In this document: piece by piece, positions 29,828 to 38,273 of the stretch
How the letters are laid out: each line of letters starts with the position of its first letter
Position numbering within the stretch: position 1 is the stretch's first letter
NCBI GenBank assembly: GCA_965227295.1
Contig: OZ245742.1
Span: 2,688,001 to 2,752,000, forward strand
From: Leptonemataceae bacterium
Lineage (GTDB): Bacteria; Spirochaetota; Leptospiria; Leptospirales; Leptonemataceae
Length of the DNA: 64,000 nucleotides
Reading direction: 5' to 3'
Position numbers and translations under genes: made by a program
Notes under the pieces: model-generated
What the model was told of the DNA's origin: nothing
Databases searched by the model: none
What the model saw: only the letters and a program-made list of their open reading frames with translations

Positions 29828-29933
29828 GGAAGGGTCGCGGCGAAGCCGCGAGTCCGGAGCGCGCAGCGCGGAGGACCGCAGCCGAAGGCGGAGCCCTGGA
29901 AAGCGCGACCCGAGCGCAGCGAGGGGAACGCCC
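29828..29933. repeat. Palindromic multi-hairpin intergenic element with GNA triloops
   Basis: Outer pair GGGTCGCG/CGCGACCC; inner hairpins TCGCGGC-GAA-GCCGCGA, CGC-GCA-GCG and GCC-GAA-GGC. Single copy in the window. Confidence 0.6.
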
Positions 29934-30001
29934 AAAAAGATTCCTCTACATGAAGCCTTTATTCTTCTTGTTCTACAAAGTCACGCCAGGATCGTTACTC
30001 T

Positions 30002-31246
30002 ATGGACGGCAGCAGTTCACGCAAGCTTGGTTTTACCAGTTCCATTTTGCATTCGGATCGCCTGGGCGGGCCGGAGCATGGATCGTTGCATAAGCCCATC
30101 CATACCTCGGTCGCCTACGGTTACGAGGACGCGCGGGACCTGGCCGCGGTGTTTCAGAATCGCGCGACGGGTTTCGCGTACGGCCGGCAGAATAATCCCA
30201 CGGTCAAAGCCCTCGAAGAAAAGATCACCGTCATGGAAGACGGCCTTGCCACGGTATGTTGCGGCACGGGCATGGCGGCCATCGGGCAGACGATCCTCGC
30301 GCTGCTGCGCCACGGCGATCACTTTGTTTCGTCGGCGTTTTTGTTCGGGAATACCAACTCCATGTTCAACACGTTTAAGGCCCACGGCCTCGGCGTGGAC
30401 TTCGTCGATGCGACGGACGTCGAAAACGTGAAGGCCGCGGTGAACGAGCGGACGCGTCTGGTGTTCGTCGAAACGATTGCGAACCCGCGCACGCAGGTGG
30501 CGGACCTGGAACGCATCGGCGAGTTCTGCCGGGAGCGCGGGCTCATCTACGTCGTCGATAACACCATGACGTCGCCGTATCTGTTTCGCCCGAAAGATGT
30601 GGGCGCCTCGCTGGTGATCTCGTCGCTCACCAAATACATCGGCGGTCACGGCGACGCCCTGGCCGGTTCGGTGACGGACACGGGTCTGTTCGATTGGGGG
30701 AGTTACGCTAACATCTACGAAAGTTATCTCAGTCAACCGGTGGAACGCCGCGGCATTGTGCAGATCCGCAAAAAAGGTCTGCGCGATTTCGGTGCCGCGC
30801 TCTCGCCCGAGGCGGCGCATTCGATCTCCGTGGGTTCGGAGACGCTCGCCCTGCGTCAGGCGCGGCAGTGCGACAACGCCGACGCCTTAACGGCGTTTCT
30901 CGAAAAACACCCGAAAGTCAAACGCGTGTATCATCCGGGGCTCGCGTCTCACGGCCAGCACGAGATCGCGAAGAAACTCTTCCGGCGTTTCGGCGCCCTG
31001 TTCAGTTTTGAACTGGATGACTCCCTCGATTGTTTCGATTTTCTGAATCGTTTGCAGGTGGTAATTTCTTCGAGTAACCTGGGCGACACGCGCACGCTGG
31101 CCATTCCGGTGGCGCATACGATCTTCTTCGAGATGGGCGCTGAACGCCGCGCCAGCATGGGCATCGACGAGAACTTGATTCGCGTGTCCGTGGGGATCGA
31201 GGACGAAGAGGATTTGATCGCGGACTTTGAAGTGGCGCTGGGGTAG
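30002..31246 (+). CDS. Cystathionine gamma-synthase / O-acylhomoserine sulfhydrylase family PLP enzyme
   Basis: YGRQNNPT, GMAAI, ETIANP, DNT, SLTKYIGGHGD (PLP Lys), NLGDTRTL and IRVSVGIE. Confidence 0.93.
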   Translation: MDGSSSRKLGFTSSILHSDRLGGPEHGSLHKPIHTSVAYGYEDARDLAAVFQNRATGFAYGRQNNPTVKALEEKITVMEDGLATVCCGTGMAAIGQTILALLRHGDHFVSSAFLFGNTNSMFNTFKAHGLGVDFVDATDVENVKAAVNERTRLVFVETIANPRTQVADLERIGEFCRERGLIYVVDNTMTSPYLFRPKDVGASLVISSLTKYIGGHGDALAGSVTDTGLFDWGSYANIYESYLSQPVERRGIVQIRKKGLRDFGAALSPEAAHSISVGSETLALRQARQCDNADALTAFLEKHPKVKRVYHPGLASHGQHEIAKKLFRRFGALFSFELDDSLDCFDFLNRLQVVISSSNLGDTRTLAIPVAHTIFFEMGAERRASMGIDENLIRVSVGIEDEEDLIADFEVALG

Positions 31247-31269
31247 GTTTCAGAGCGATGAGGAAATTG

Positions 31270-32070
31270 CTAAGGCACCGAGAACTCCCTCGATTGGATT
31301 AATGGCGTTCTGATGATCGAATCGACAACTTGCTTTAATTGGCTGTTCGCCGTCTTCGATGATATGAAATTTGCAAGATCGCGGTAGCGCAGCAGAGTCA
31401 GTTCCATTTCCGTAAAAGATTGTAGTTTCCAATTCGAATCATCGTAATCGATTTCGTGTAACGTTGGATCATTATAATCGTGTTTCTTCAATAGCCTCGC
31501 TCGCAGGTGGTTTCGAGCCTGGGTAAATCCGTCTTGAAAACAAAAATCGACAGGTTCCTTGCCCAGAATGGAGAAGATCTTTTCGTCATAATCCATGCTC
31601 ATCCCGCCCACCAGAGGATTCCGAGGTTCTCCGCTCGTCTCGGCTGAAAAAAAGAACTCAAGGGTGTAATGGGAGACATCAGGAGGTGGTTCTTCACCGA
31701 GAGCCAGCAGGATATAAAGCTCTCCCGGATATGAGCCCATGTGGCGATAGAAGCGAATCCTGTCCGGTTCGCTGGAGTACATGCGTAATGCGAGCTGGTC
31801 CGCATTCCAGGTGCCCGGACTGAATTCTGTGAGGACTGTGAGGACTCTTAATTCACTAACCCCGTGGACCGTCGCTATTGTACTACGGAGCTTTGCCAGA
31901 GTTGCGGCGGCATCGCTGTAATGCCCAGGTGTTGGAACATAGAGCTGGAAGTCTGAACTGACACCGGCCTGCGGCGGAGGGGCATAACTGCTTCCTCTCG
32001 GGGTATTGGCAACCCGCGTCCATCCGAGCTGCGGCAGGATCCTGTGAACTTTCTCAAACGGGAGGTTCAT
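31270..32070 (-). CDS. Hypothetical protein (lower GC), partner of the DUF4365-like gene
   Basis: 266 aa; overlaps the upstream gene by 17 nt; N-terminus L...GW....LYVP...Y.D. Confidence 0.7.
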   Translation of the reverse strand: MNLPFEKVHRILPQLGWTRVANTPRGSSYAPPPQAGVSSDFQLYVPTPGHYSDAAATLAKLRSTIATVHGVSELRVLTVLTEFSPGTWNADQLALRMYSSEPDRIRFYRHMGSYPGELYILLALGEEPPPDVSHYTLEFFFSAETSGEPRNPLVGGMSMDYDEKIFSILGKEPVDFCFQDGFTQARNHLRARLLKKHDYNDPTLHEIDYDDSNWKLQSFTEMELTLLRYRDLANFISSKTANSQLKQVVDSIIRTPLIQSREFSVP

Positions 32071-32614
32071 GCGAACTCCAAAGCTCCGCAAAGTATGTCT
32101 GCAATCTCTCCATTGTCAACAAATCCTCGCTATGTAGTTTGACACGAATGGTATGCTTGTTACTGGATAAATCGGCTCCGCGGTCGAGATTGAACATGTA
32201 CGCCGAGTACCGAGTTTCCAGATGATCCTCAGTTACCAGGACGACCTGGTCTCGGTCCGGGGGGTAAATAAAGACGATCGTTATAAGTGGTTTAATTCGT
32301 TGGGTCCGAGTGATTTCATTCTTCCGAACGAGTAGATCATTGTAGTTCCTGACTTTTAGAGAATAGAGAAAGCCACCAGCGACTCGCCGAACATAGCGTT
32401 CTGAAGTTGCCTTCAACTGAATGTCGATGGCCTTGCCTGTGCTCACATAACGCGTCGCCCCGTTCGGGTCAGGGTAGCTGTCCACTTCATCAATCGTCAG
32501 ATCCACTCCAAAATCATTCTCGGGCTTTGAGGCTACGTAGCCCGCTCTCGCCGCGATGAGGCTCACAAAGCTACGTGAGACATTTTCGATAGTTGTGCTG
32601 AATGGAACAGGCAT
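32054..32614 (-). CDS. DUF4365-like PD-(D/E)xK nuclease-fold protein
   Basis: DFGVDLTI ... IDIQLKAT ... YSLKVRNYNDL pattern; lower GC than the flanks. Confidence 0.78.
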   Translation of the reverse strand: MPVPFSTTIENVSRSFVSLIAARAGYVASKPENDFGVDLTIDEVDSYPDPNGATRYVSTGKAIDIQLKATSERYVRRVAGGFLYSLKVRNYNDLLVRKNEITRTQRIKPLITIVFIYPPDRDQVVLVTEDHLETRYSAYMFNLDRGADLSSNKHTIRVKLHSEDLLTMERLQTYFAELWSSHEPPV

Positions 32615-32797
32615 GGTGCTCGAAGTATCTTATCATGCGTTTCGTGTCATTCAAGTCGAAAATTGTCTTTTCGGATCGTTTACCGGCGTGGCGTGCAAGC
32701 CAGGTCGTGGAGATGTCTATCATGATCATTTCGACCGACGCCAGAAAGTCTATGATGCATGCCCCGGTCCCAATCCGTCCCGCCGGATAAAAATTTT

Positions 32798-32825
32798 TCA
32801 ACACGGCCCCGTCATCTGCCGATAA
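32798..32825 (+). promoter_or_regulatory. Putative sigma28 (FliA) promoter upstream of rlpA
   Basis: TCAA-N16-GCCGATAA: perfect -10 box, one mismatch in -35. Confidence 0.45.
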
Positions 32826-32910
32826 TCCCATAGAGAACGCATGTTCTCACGTAAGTAATGAAAAAAACGGGGCTTTTTCGATGAACATTGCCGCAGAAAT
32901 GGTTGGTTCC

Positions 32911-33957
32911 ATGCATACTATCGCGCAGCAGGCGCCGCGCTGGACGGCGCGCGTCTTGTTGCTCGCGATCGCGTTTTCATTTTTCACGGCGTGTGCGACC
33001 ACGACGATCCAGACCGGCGAAGGCCATCGCCTGGATCGCGAGGACATGTTCGGGAAAGACGAAGCCGCCACGCGTGACGCCAACGATCCGGAAGAGCAGT
33101 TCTTCAATGAACTCTCCGCGCAGGACGACGCCTTCGACGGCGTCCCGAACGATTCGGTGGCCGCGGTGGAAGAAGACGATTGTCCGTGCGAAGCGGATAA
33201 GCCGCAAAAAGAAGAAGAAAACGTCGCCGACGCGAACGATTCCTACTTCGACAACGCCGAGAAACCGGCCGAAACGACGACGGACGATCCCGGCAAGTAC
33301 GCCCCGCCGGCCAGCGGAGACTTCAACGAGGTGGGCACGGCCTCCTGGTACGGCCGCGACTTCGACGGCAAACCCACGGCCTCCGGCGAAATTTACGATA
33401 GCCGTAAGTTAACGGCCGCGCATAAAGAGATCCCCCTGGGCAGCATAGTACTCGTACGCAACCTGGAGAACAACAAAGAAGCTCTGGTTACGATCAACGA
33501 CCGCGGTCCGTTCGTCAGTGGCCGCGTCCTGGACATGAGCGAGTACGGCGCCGAACTGCTGGGCTACAAAGAGCAGGGCCTCACCACGGTGGGCATTCGT
33601 GTGGTGCGTCAGGGCAAGTCCGCAAAGAAGACCGACGGTCTCACAAAGAACTTTTATAACGAAAACGGAGCCACCGGTGCCATGGGTTCCAATGATCAGG
33701 ACCTCGACGCCTCGTCGGTGGCGAACGAATCTTCGCTGCAACAGTACAGCGTGCAGGTCGGTGCGTTTTCGGAACTCAAGAACGCCCGGAACCTCGAGCG
33801 TTATCTGAAACACTACGGTCAACCGGTGCACGTTGTCCGCCGGGACGGCACGTTTCTGGTGAAGGTCGGTTCCTTCGGCGCGCGTTACGACGCGGAGCAA
33901 ATGAAGTTCAAACTCACCGCCGACGGCTACAGCGCGTTCGTTAGTGAGCCGGAGTAG
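32911..33957 (+). CDS. rlpA: Septal ring lytic transglycosylase RlpA lipoprotein with SPOR domain (Mpl36-like)
   Basis: Lipobox FFTA-C, GTASWYG, TASGE, TAAH, INDRGPF and SPOR motif VQVGAFS. Confidence 0.92.
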   Translation: MHTIAQQAPRWTARVLLLAIAFSFFTACATTTIQTGEGHRLDREDMFGKDEAATRDANDPEEQFFNELSAQDDAFDGVPNDSVAAVEEDDCPCEADKPQKEEENVADANDSYFDNAEKPAETTTDDPGKYAPPASGDFNEVGTASWYGRDFDGKPTASGEIYDSRKLTAAHKEIPLGSIVLVRNLENNKEALVTINDRGPFVSGRVLDMSEYGAELLGYKEQGLTTVGIRVVRQGKSAKKTDGLTKNFYNENGATGAMGSNDQDLDASSVANESSLQQYSVQVGAFSELKNARNLERYLKHYGQPVHVVRRDGTFLVKVGSFGARYDAEQMKFKLTADGYSAFVSEPE

Positions 33958-33968
33958 AGACTCTTTTC

Positions 33969-34796
33969 TCAGACCTCGAGTTCCATGCCCTCACGGGCGA
34001 GAAAGGCGCCGGGAAATCGTTCCTGCGCCTGTTTCTCCACGTCTTTCAGAAACAGATCGTCGTGATCCGGGTCGTGATGCGTGATGCACAGGCGTCCCAC
34101 GCCCGCGGCCTCGGCGACTTCGATCGCCTCGAGCCAGGAGCTGTGCCCCCAGCCGCGTTTCGTTTCGAGTTCTTCCGGAGTATACTGGCCGTCGTGGATC
34201 AATAAATCCGTGCCGCGAATAAATTCCAGGAAACCCGGATCGATGTTGCCGGCGTGTTCGACGTCCGTCGCGAATACGAACGAACGCCCGGTCTTCAGGT
34301 CCTTGATACGATACGAGTAGGCCGTGCCGGGATGCCGGTGCGGGAGTACGCGAATGGAAGCGCCCTGGGTGAGGTGATGATCGTCTTCGCTCTGCTTGAA
34401 CAAAAATTGGGCGCCCATTTTCTTGAGCGGAACGGGGAAGTACTCCGCCTGCATCTGTTGTTCGAAGATGGCTTCCAGATCCAAATGTCCGCGCCCCCGA
34501 CCGATGGCGCCCAGGGTGATGTGCCGCCGCGGATCGTAGGCCGGTTCGAAGAACGGAAAGCCCTGGATGTGATCCCAGTGAAAGTGCGTGAAGCCGATGT
34601 GTATGTTGTCGAATTGCTCGAAACGACCGGCCACGATGTCCTTGCCCACCTGGCGAATGCCCGTCCCCGCGTCGATGATGCCGAAGCGCCCACCGCTGTC
34701 CGTAACGAGTAGACACGTGGTGTTGCCGCCGAATTCCTGAAACTCCGGATGCGATACGGGGATCGAACCGCGTGTTCCGTAAAAGTTCACTTTCAT
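33969..34796 (-). CDS. MBL-fold metallo-hydrolase (phosphodiesterase-like)
   Basis: GTRGSIP, GGNTTC, DAGTG, THFHWDHIQG, HPG, WGHS and HHDP. Confidence 0.92.
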   Translation of the reverse strand: MKVNFYGTRGSIPVSHPEFQEFGGNTTCLLVTDSGGRFGIIDAGTGIRQVGKDIVAGRFEQFDNIHIGFTHFHWDHIQGFPFFEPAYDPRRHITLGAIGRGRGHLDLEAIFEQQMQAEYFPVPLKKMGAQFLFKQSEDDHHLTQGASIRVLPHRHPGTAYSYRIKDLKTGRSFVFATDVEHAGNIDPGFLEFIRGTDLLIHDGQYTPEELETKRGWGHSSWLEAIEVAEAAGVGRLCITHHDPDHDDLFLKDVEKQAQERFPGAFLAREGMELEV

Positions 34797-34843
34797 TACA
34801 GTGGTAACCTCACAGCCGAAATCCCATCGAAACACATTAGATT

Positions 34844-35434
34844 ATGCAAGAAGTCTTGAACAGTATTTTCACGAGCACCTATCCCTGGTATGTCGCAGGT
34901 CCGCTCATCGGAGCGATCGTTCCGGTGCTGCTCTACTTCGGCAACCGGCACTTCGGTGTTTCGTCGTCGTTGCAACATCTCTGCCGGTTGGTGCTGCCCG
35001 GCAGTCGCGCGCGGCTCATCGAGTATTTCAACTACGACCTGCGCAGTGTCGACTGGGCCCTGGTCTTTACGATCGGTCTCGTGCTCGGCGGCGGCCTGGG
35101 CGCGTATGCCTCCCTGCCGGACGGCAACGACATTGCCATGAATACGCAGGAAGATCTGGCCGCCCTGGGCATTACCGACCTGGCCGGCCTGGTTCCGGCG
35201 CAGGTCTTTTCGCTTGAGAACCTGGCGAGCTGGCAGGGCATGCTGATCATGATTCTCGGCGGTTGGATGATCGGCTTCGGCACGCGCTACGCGAACGGCT
35301 GCACCTCGGGGCACGCCATCATGGGGCTGTCGTTGCTGTCCCCGGTATCGCTGATTGCCACGGCGACGTTTTTCCTCGCGGGGATCCTGGCCACGCACTT
35401 CCTGTTTCCCTTTATCTTCGGAGGCGCGCCGTGA
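34844..35434 (+). CDS. YeeE/YedE sulfur-compound transporter family protein
   Basis: FGVSS and GFGTRYANGCTSGH; multi-TM. Confidence 0.9.
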   Translation: MQEVLNSIFTSTYPWYVAGPLIGAIVPVLLYFGNRHFGVSSSLQHLCRLVLPGSRARLIEYFNYDLRSVDWALVFTIGLVLGGGLGAYASLPDGNDIAMNTQEDLAALGITDLAGLVPAQVFSLENLASWQGMLIMILGGWMIGFGTRYANGCTSGHAIMGLSLLSPVSLIATATFFLAGILATHFLFPFIFGGAP

Positions 35435-35853
35435 AACATCTTGCGAAGTATTTGTTTTACCTGGTCGCCGGAACGTATTCAGGATTTGTCTTTATGCGCG
35501 GCGAGGTCATCTCGTGGTTTCGCATCCAGGAAATGTTTCGTTTCGATGCCTTTCATATGTACGGCGTCATCATGTCCGCCGTCGTGACGGGGGCACTTTC
35601 GGTCCTGGTGCTGCGCCGGTTGGGCGGTCGTGATTTTGCGGGGGAGCTCTTAGATTTATCTCAGAAGAACTTTACGAAAGGCACGGTGATCGGCAGTGTT
35701 TTCTTCGGTCTCGGCTGGGCTTTCACCGGCGCCTGTCCCGGCCCGCTGTACACGCTCGTGGGAGCGGGGCAGTGGATCATCCTCGTTCCGCTGGGGGCGG
35801 CGGTACTGGGGGCGTTTACGTACGGTGTGCTGAAGCCGAAGTTACCGCATTGA
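35431..35853 (+). CDS. YeeE/YedE family partner subunit
   Basis: GTG overlaps the upstream TGA; SWFRIQEMFRF and FGLGWAFTGACPGP. Confidence 0.9.
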   Translation: MKHLAKYLFYLVAGTYSGFVFMRGEVISWFRIQEMFRFDAFHMYGVIMSAVVTGALSVLVLRRLGGRDFAGELLDLSQKNFTKGTVIGSVFFGLGWAFTGACPGPLYTLVGAGQWIILVPLGAAVLGAFTYGVLKPKLPH

Positions 35854-35869
35854 AGGCTGCTCAGAAATC

Positions 35870-37504
35870 TTACACCACTTTACTCCACGAACCTTCCCCG
35901 GCCTGGTTGACCGCGCGCACGCGATAACGAAAGTTTCCCGTATCCGCGTCGGAATCCAGCAGTGACGTCGTTTCCACGCAGGCGTGCAGCATTTCCCAGT
36001 GCATGTCGTCGGTGCGGCGGCGTTCCACCTGGTAGATGGCCGCGCCGTCCGTGACGGACCAGTCCACGCGCATGCCGTTATCGTCGACCCGGGTGTGGAC
36101 GTCGTGCACTCGCCCCGGTGGTTCCGCGCGCACCAGGATTTCTTCGAGGGCCTGCGGGCCCCACGAGTCCTGACGTTGCCGGGCCAGCTCGCGAACCTCG
36201 TGGGCGAACTCGGGGTAGTCGGTGAGGATCTCATGAAACGTATCGTAATCCAGGACGTAGAGATCGCAGTAGTCCAGGGCGCGGACACTTGCGGTTCGCG
36301 GGCGGTCGAGCAACAGGGCAATCTCACCGAAGAAACTGCCCTCGGTCAGGGTCGCATAGACCGTGCGACCGTCCTCGCCTAAAATCTCCACGCTGCCGCG
36401 GCTGATGAAGAACATGGTCGTGCCGTGCTCGCCGTGCCGGAAGATGAAGTCGCCCGGTGTATAGACCGCCGGCGAAAGTTCGAGCACGAGCCGGCGAATG
36501 AGATCCTCGTTTGCGCCTTTGAAGATGGGCACCTTTTCGATGATGTCCTGATTTAGGAACAGCGCCACCTTGAGTTGCAACGACGGCGGCAGTTCGTGGA
36601 TGACGTCGGCCTCGTCGTAACCGCGACGGGACTCCCATAGATATTCGTAGTAACTGCGAATGTTTGCCTGGATCTCCTCGGGGATCTTGCGGAGCTTCAT
36701 GAAGGTGTTGATCTTCTCCATCTTCTCCATGTATTGGGCGCGCGCGATGTTTACGTTCGCGAGCAGGCTCGCAATGTTACCGATGACGTAACCGTACATG
36801 CCGGCGCCCACGATCTGTAAGACCACCGTGTAAATCGTTTGAAGGTTCGTACTGGGCGTGATGTCGCCGTAGCCGATGGTGGTGATCGTGGTGATGGCCC
36901 AGTAAAACGAGCGCAGATAGTAGCGGTACGGATCGGCCGTGTCCTCGGGCGGCATGGCTTCCGTACCGAGGATCATCCAGCCGCAGGCCATCCAGTGCGA
37001 GAGCAGGAGGACCCAGAACGCCAGGAAGATCATCCGCAGCACGCTGACGTTCACCATGGAGGCCCGGCTGATCTCCTGCATGAGCTGGACGATGCGCGCC
37101 AGACGAAAGAGGCGCAGCAGGCGGACGATGCGCGCCGTATCCGTGAGCGCGCCGACGGTGTTCTGGAGGATCAACTGAAACGGGAAGGCCGCCAGGAAGT
37201 CGAAGACGAACCAGCTCCGGAGATAACGCCCGGCAATGTCGCGGCGTCGGGTGATCAACTGCCCCTGGGCATAGACGGCGGTCTGGAACGTCAACAGGAT
37301 GTCCACGGTGAACGAGGTGCTGAGCAAGGTGTCGACGTAGGGCAGGAGGCCGGTGGCCTCGTAGTCCAGGACCAGGCGCAGCGGGACCTCCACGGCCGCG
37401 TAGACGGTCAGCAGCAGGATGTAGGCGTCCCAGAGTTCCTTGATGAGACTGTTCGGGCGGAGCAGGGGCCAACCGCCTTCCCGGACCAGAATGCGACTGA
37501 ACAT
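35870..37504 (-). CDS. Cyclic nucleotide-gated K+ channel with C-terminal fibronectin type III-like domain
   Basis: S4 RIVRLLRLFRLAR, pore TTIGYGD, C-linker, cNMP motif FGEIALL...RTASVRA and FN3-like tail YRVRAVNQAGEGSWS. Confidence 0.93.
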   Translation of the reverse strand: MFSRILVREGGWPLLRPNSLIKELWDAYILLLTVYAAVEVPLRLVLDYEATGLLPYVDTLLSTSFTVDILLTFQTAVYAQGQLITRRRDIAGRYLRSWFVFDFLAAFPFQLILQNTVGALTDTARIVRLLRLFRLARIVQLMQEISRASMVNVSVLRMIFLAFWVLLLSHWMACGWMILGTEAMPPEDTADPYRYYLRSFYWAITTITTIGYGDITPSTNLQTIYTVVLQIVGAGMYGYVIGNIASLLANVNIARAQYMEKMEKINTFMKLRKIPEEIQANIRSYYEYLWESRRGYDEADVIHELPPSLQLKVALFLNQDIIEKVPIFKGANEDLIRRLVLELSPAVYTPGDFIFRHGEHGTTMFFISRGSVEILGEDGRTVYATLTEGSFFGEIALLLDRPRTASVRALDYCDLYVLDYDTFHEILTDYPEFAHEVRELARQRQDSWGPQALEEILVRAEPPGRVHDVHTRVDDNGMRVDWSVTDGAAIYQVERRRTDDMHWEMLHACVETTSLLDSDADTGNFRYRVRAVNQAGEGSWSKVV

Positions 37505-37615
37505 GATGATATGATTGCGGTTAATGGAGTGGATCTGCGTAAAGCGAAAATCCGCGGCGGCGAAACTGCGCGAACTTGCTTGACTCAAACGCGGCGCGTT
37601 CTTCCATACAGAACG

Positions 37616-38269
37616 ATGGCGAAACGCAAAGAGAAGCGCAGGAGTCGGGCGGTCTCGCCCCGGGCGCTCTACGAACTGGGCAATGAACGCAATAAGGTGC
37701 ACATCCGCTGGCTGCTGGTCGTGCTCATCACGGGCTATCTTTCCTACTTACTGAGAGCCGACAAGGGCCAGGAAATCGGCACGAACCATCTGTTCTCCTG
37801 GGAGTACATCATCGCCATTACGGCGTTCATTGTCATCGCGAACATCCTCTTTGCGACCTACCTGCGCCTGGTCGCCGCGGACCGCCTGCCCATGCTGCGC
37901 ATCCTCAAGTATCTGAGCATGATCGTGGACTTCATCGCCGTTTCCCTGGTGCTCATCCCCACCGGCGGCGACCGCAGCATTTTCTTCGTCGTGTACTTCA
38001 TCGTCATTGTTTCGAACAGTCTGCGCTACGGCATGCGCCTGGCCGTGGCCGGCCTCTTTGCCTTCAACTTTTCCTACGTCGGCGTCCTCATTTACCAGTA
38101 CTGGCCGGACCTGGTCGTGCCGAACTTTCAGGGCGAGATCCTGAAAGTCGGCGCCTTCTGGGTTGTCGGCCTCTACTGCGGCTACATCGCCCGGCGTTTT
38201 GAAGTGTTGCAGGGCGAGGTGGAGAAGTATCAAGAACTTGTCCGTAAACTTATGGAACCTAAGAGTTAG
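37616..38269 (+). CDS. Stand-alone multi-TM sensor-like membrane protein
   Basis: 5-6 TM segments with a D......TGG..S.F......I....LRYG pattern typical of sensor-kinase/GGDEF input domains. It ends after a short coiled helix. Confidence 0.75.
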   Translation: MAKRKEKRRSRAVSPRALYELGNERNKVHIRWLLVVLITGYLSYLLRADKGQEIGTNHLFSWEYIIAITAFIVIANILFATYLRLVAADRLPMLRILKYLSMIVDFIAVSLVLIPTGGDRSIFFVVYFIVIVSNSLRYGMRLAVAGLFAFNFSYVGVLIYQYWPDLVVPNFQGEILKVGAFWVVGLYCGYIARRFEVLQGEVEKYQELVRKLMEPKS

Positions 38270-38273
38270 CCGA

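Noticed and set aside
32571..32831. 86-aa ORF upstream of the DUF4365-like gene
   Set aside because: No recognisable motif; overlaps the promoter region and competing short ORFs, so it is unsupported.
36839..37615. 5' extension of the 476-aa plus-strand ORF
   Set aside because: It is the antisense shadow of the channel gene; the credible protein starts at 37616.
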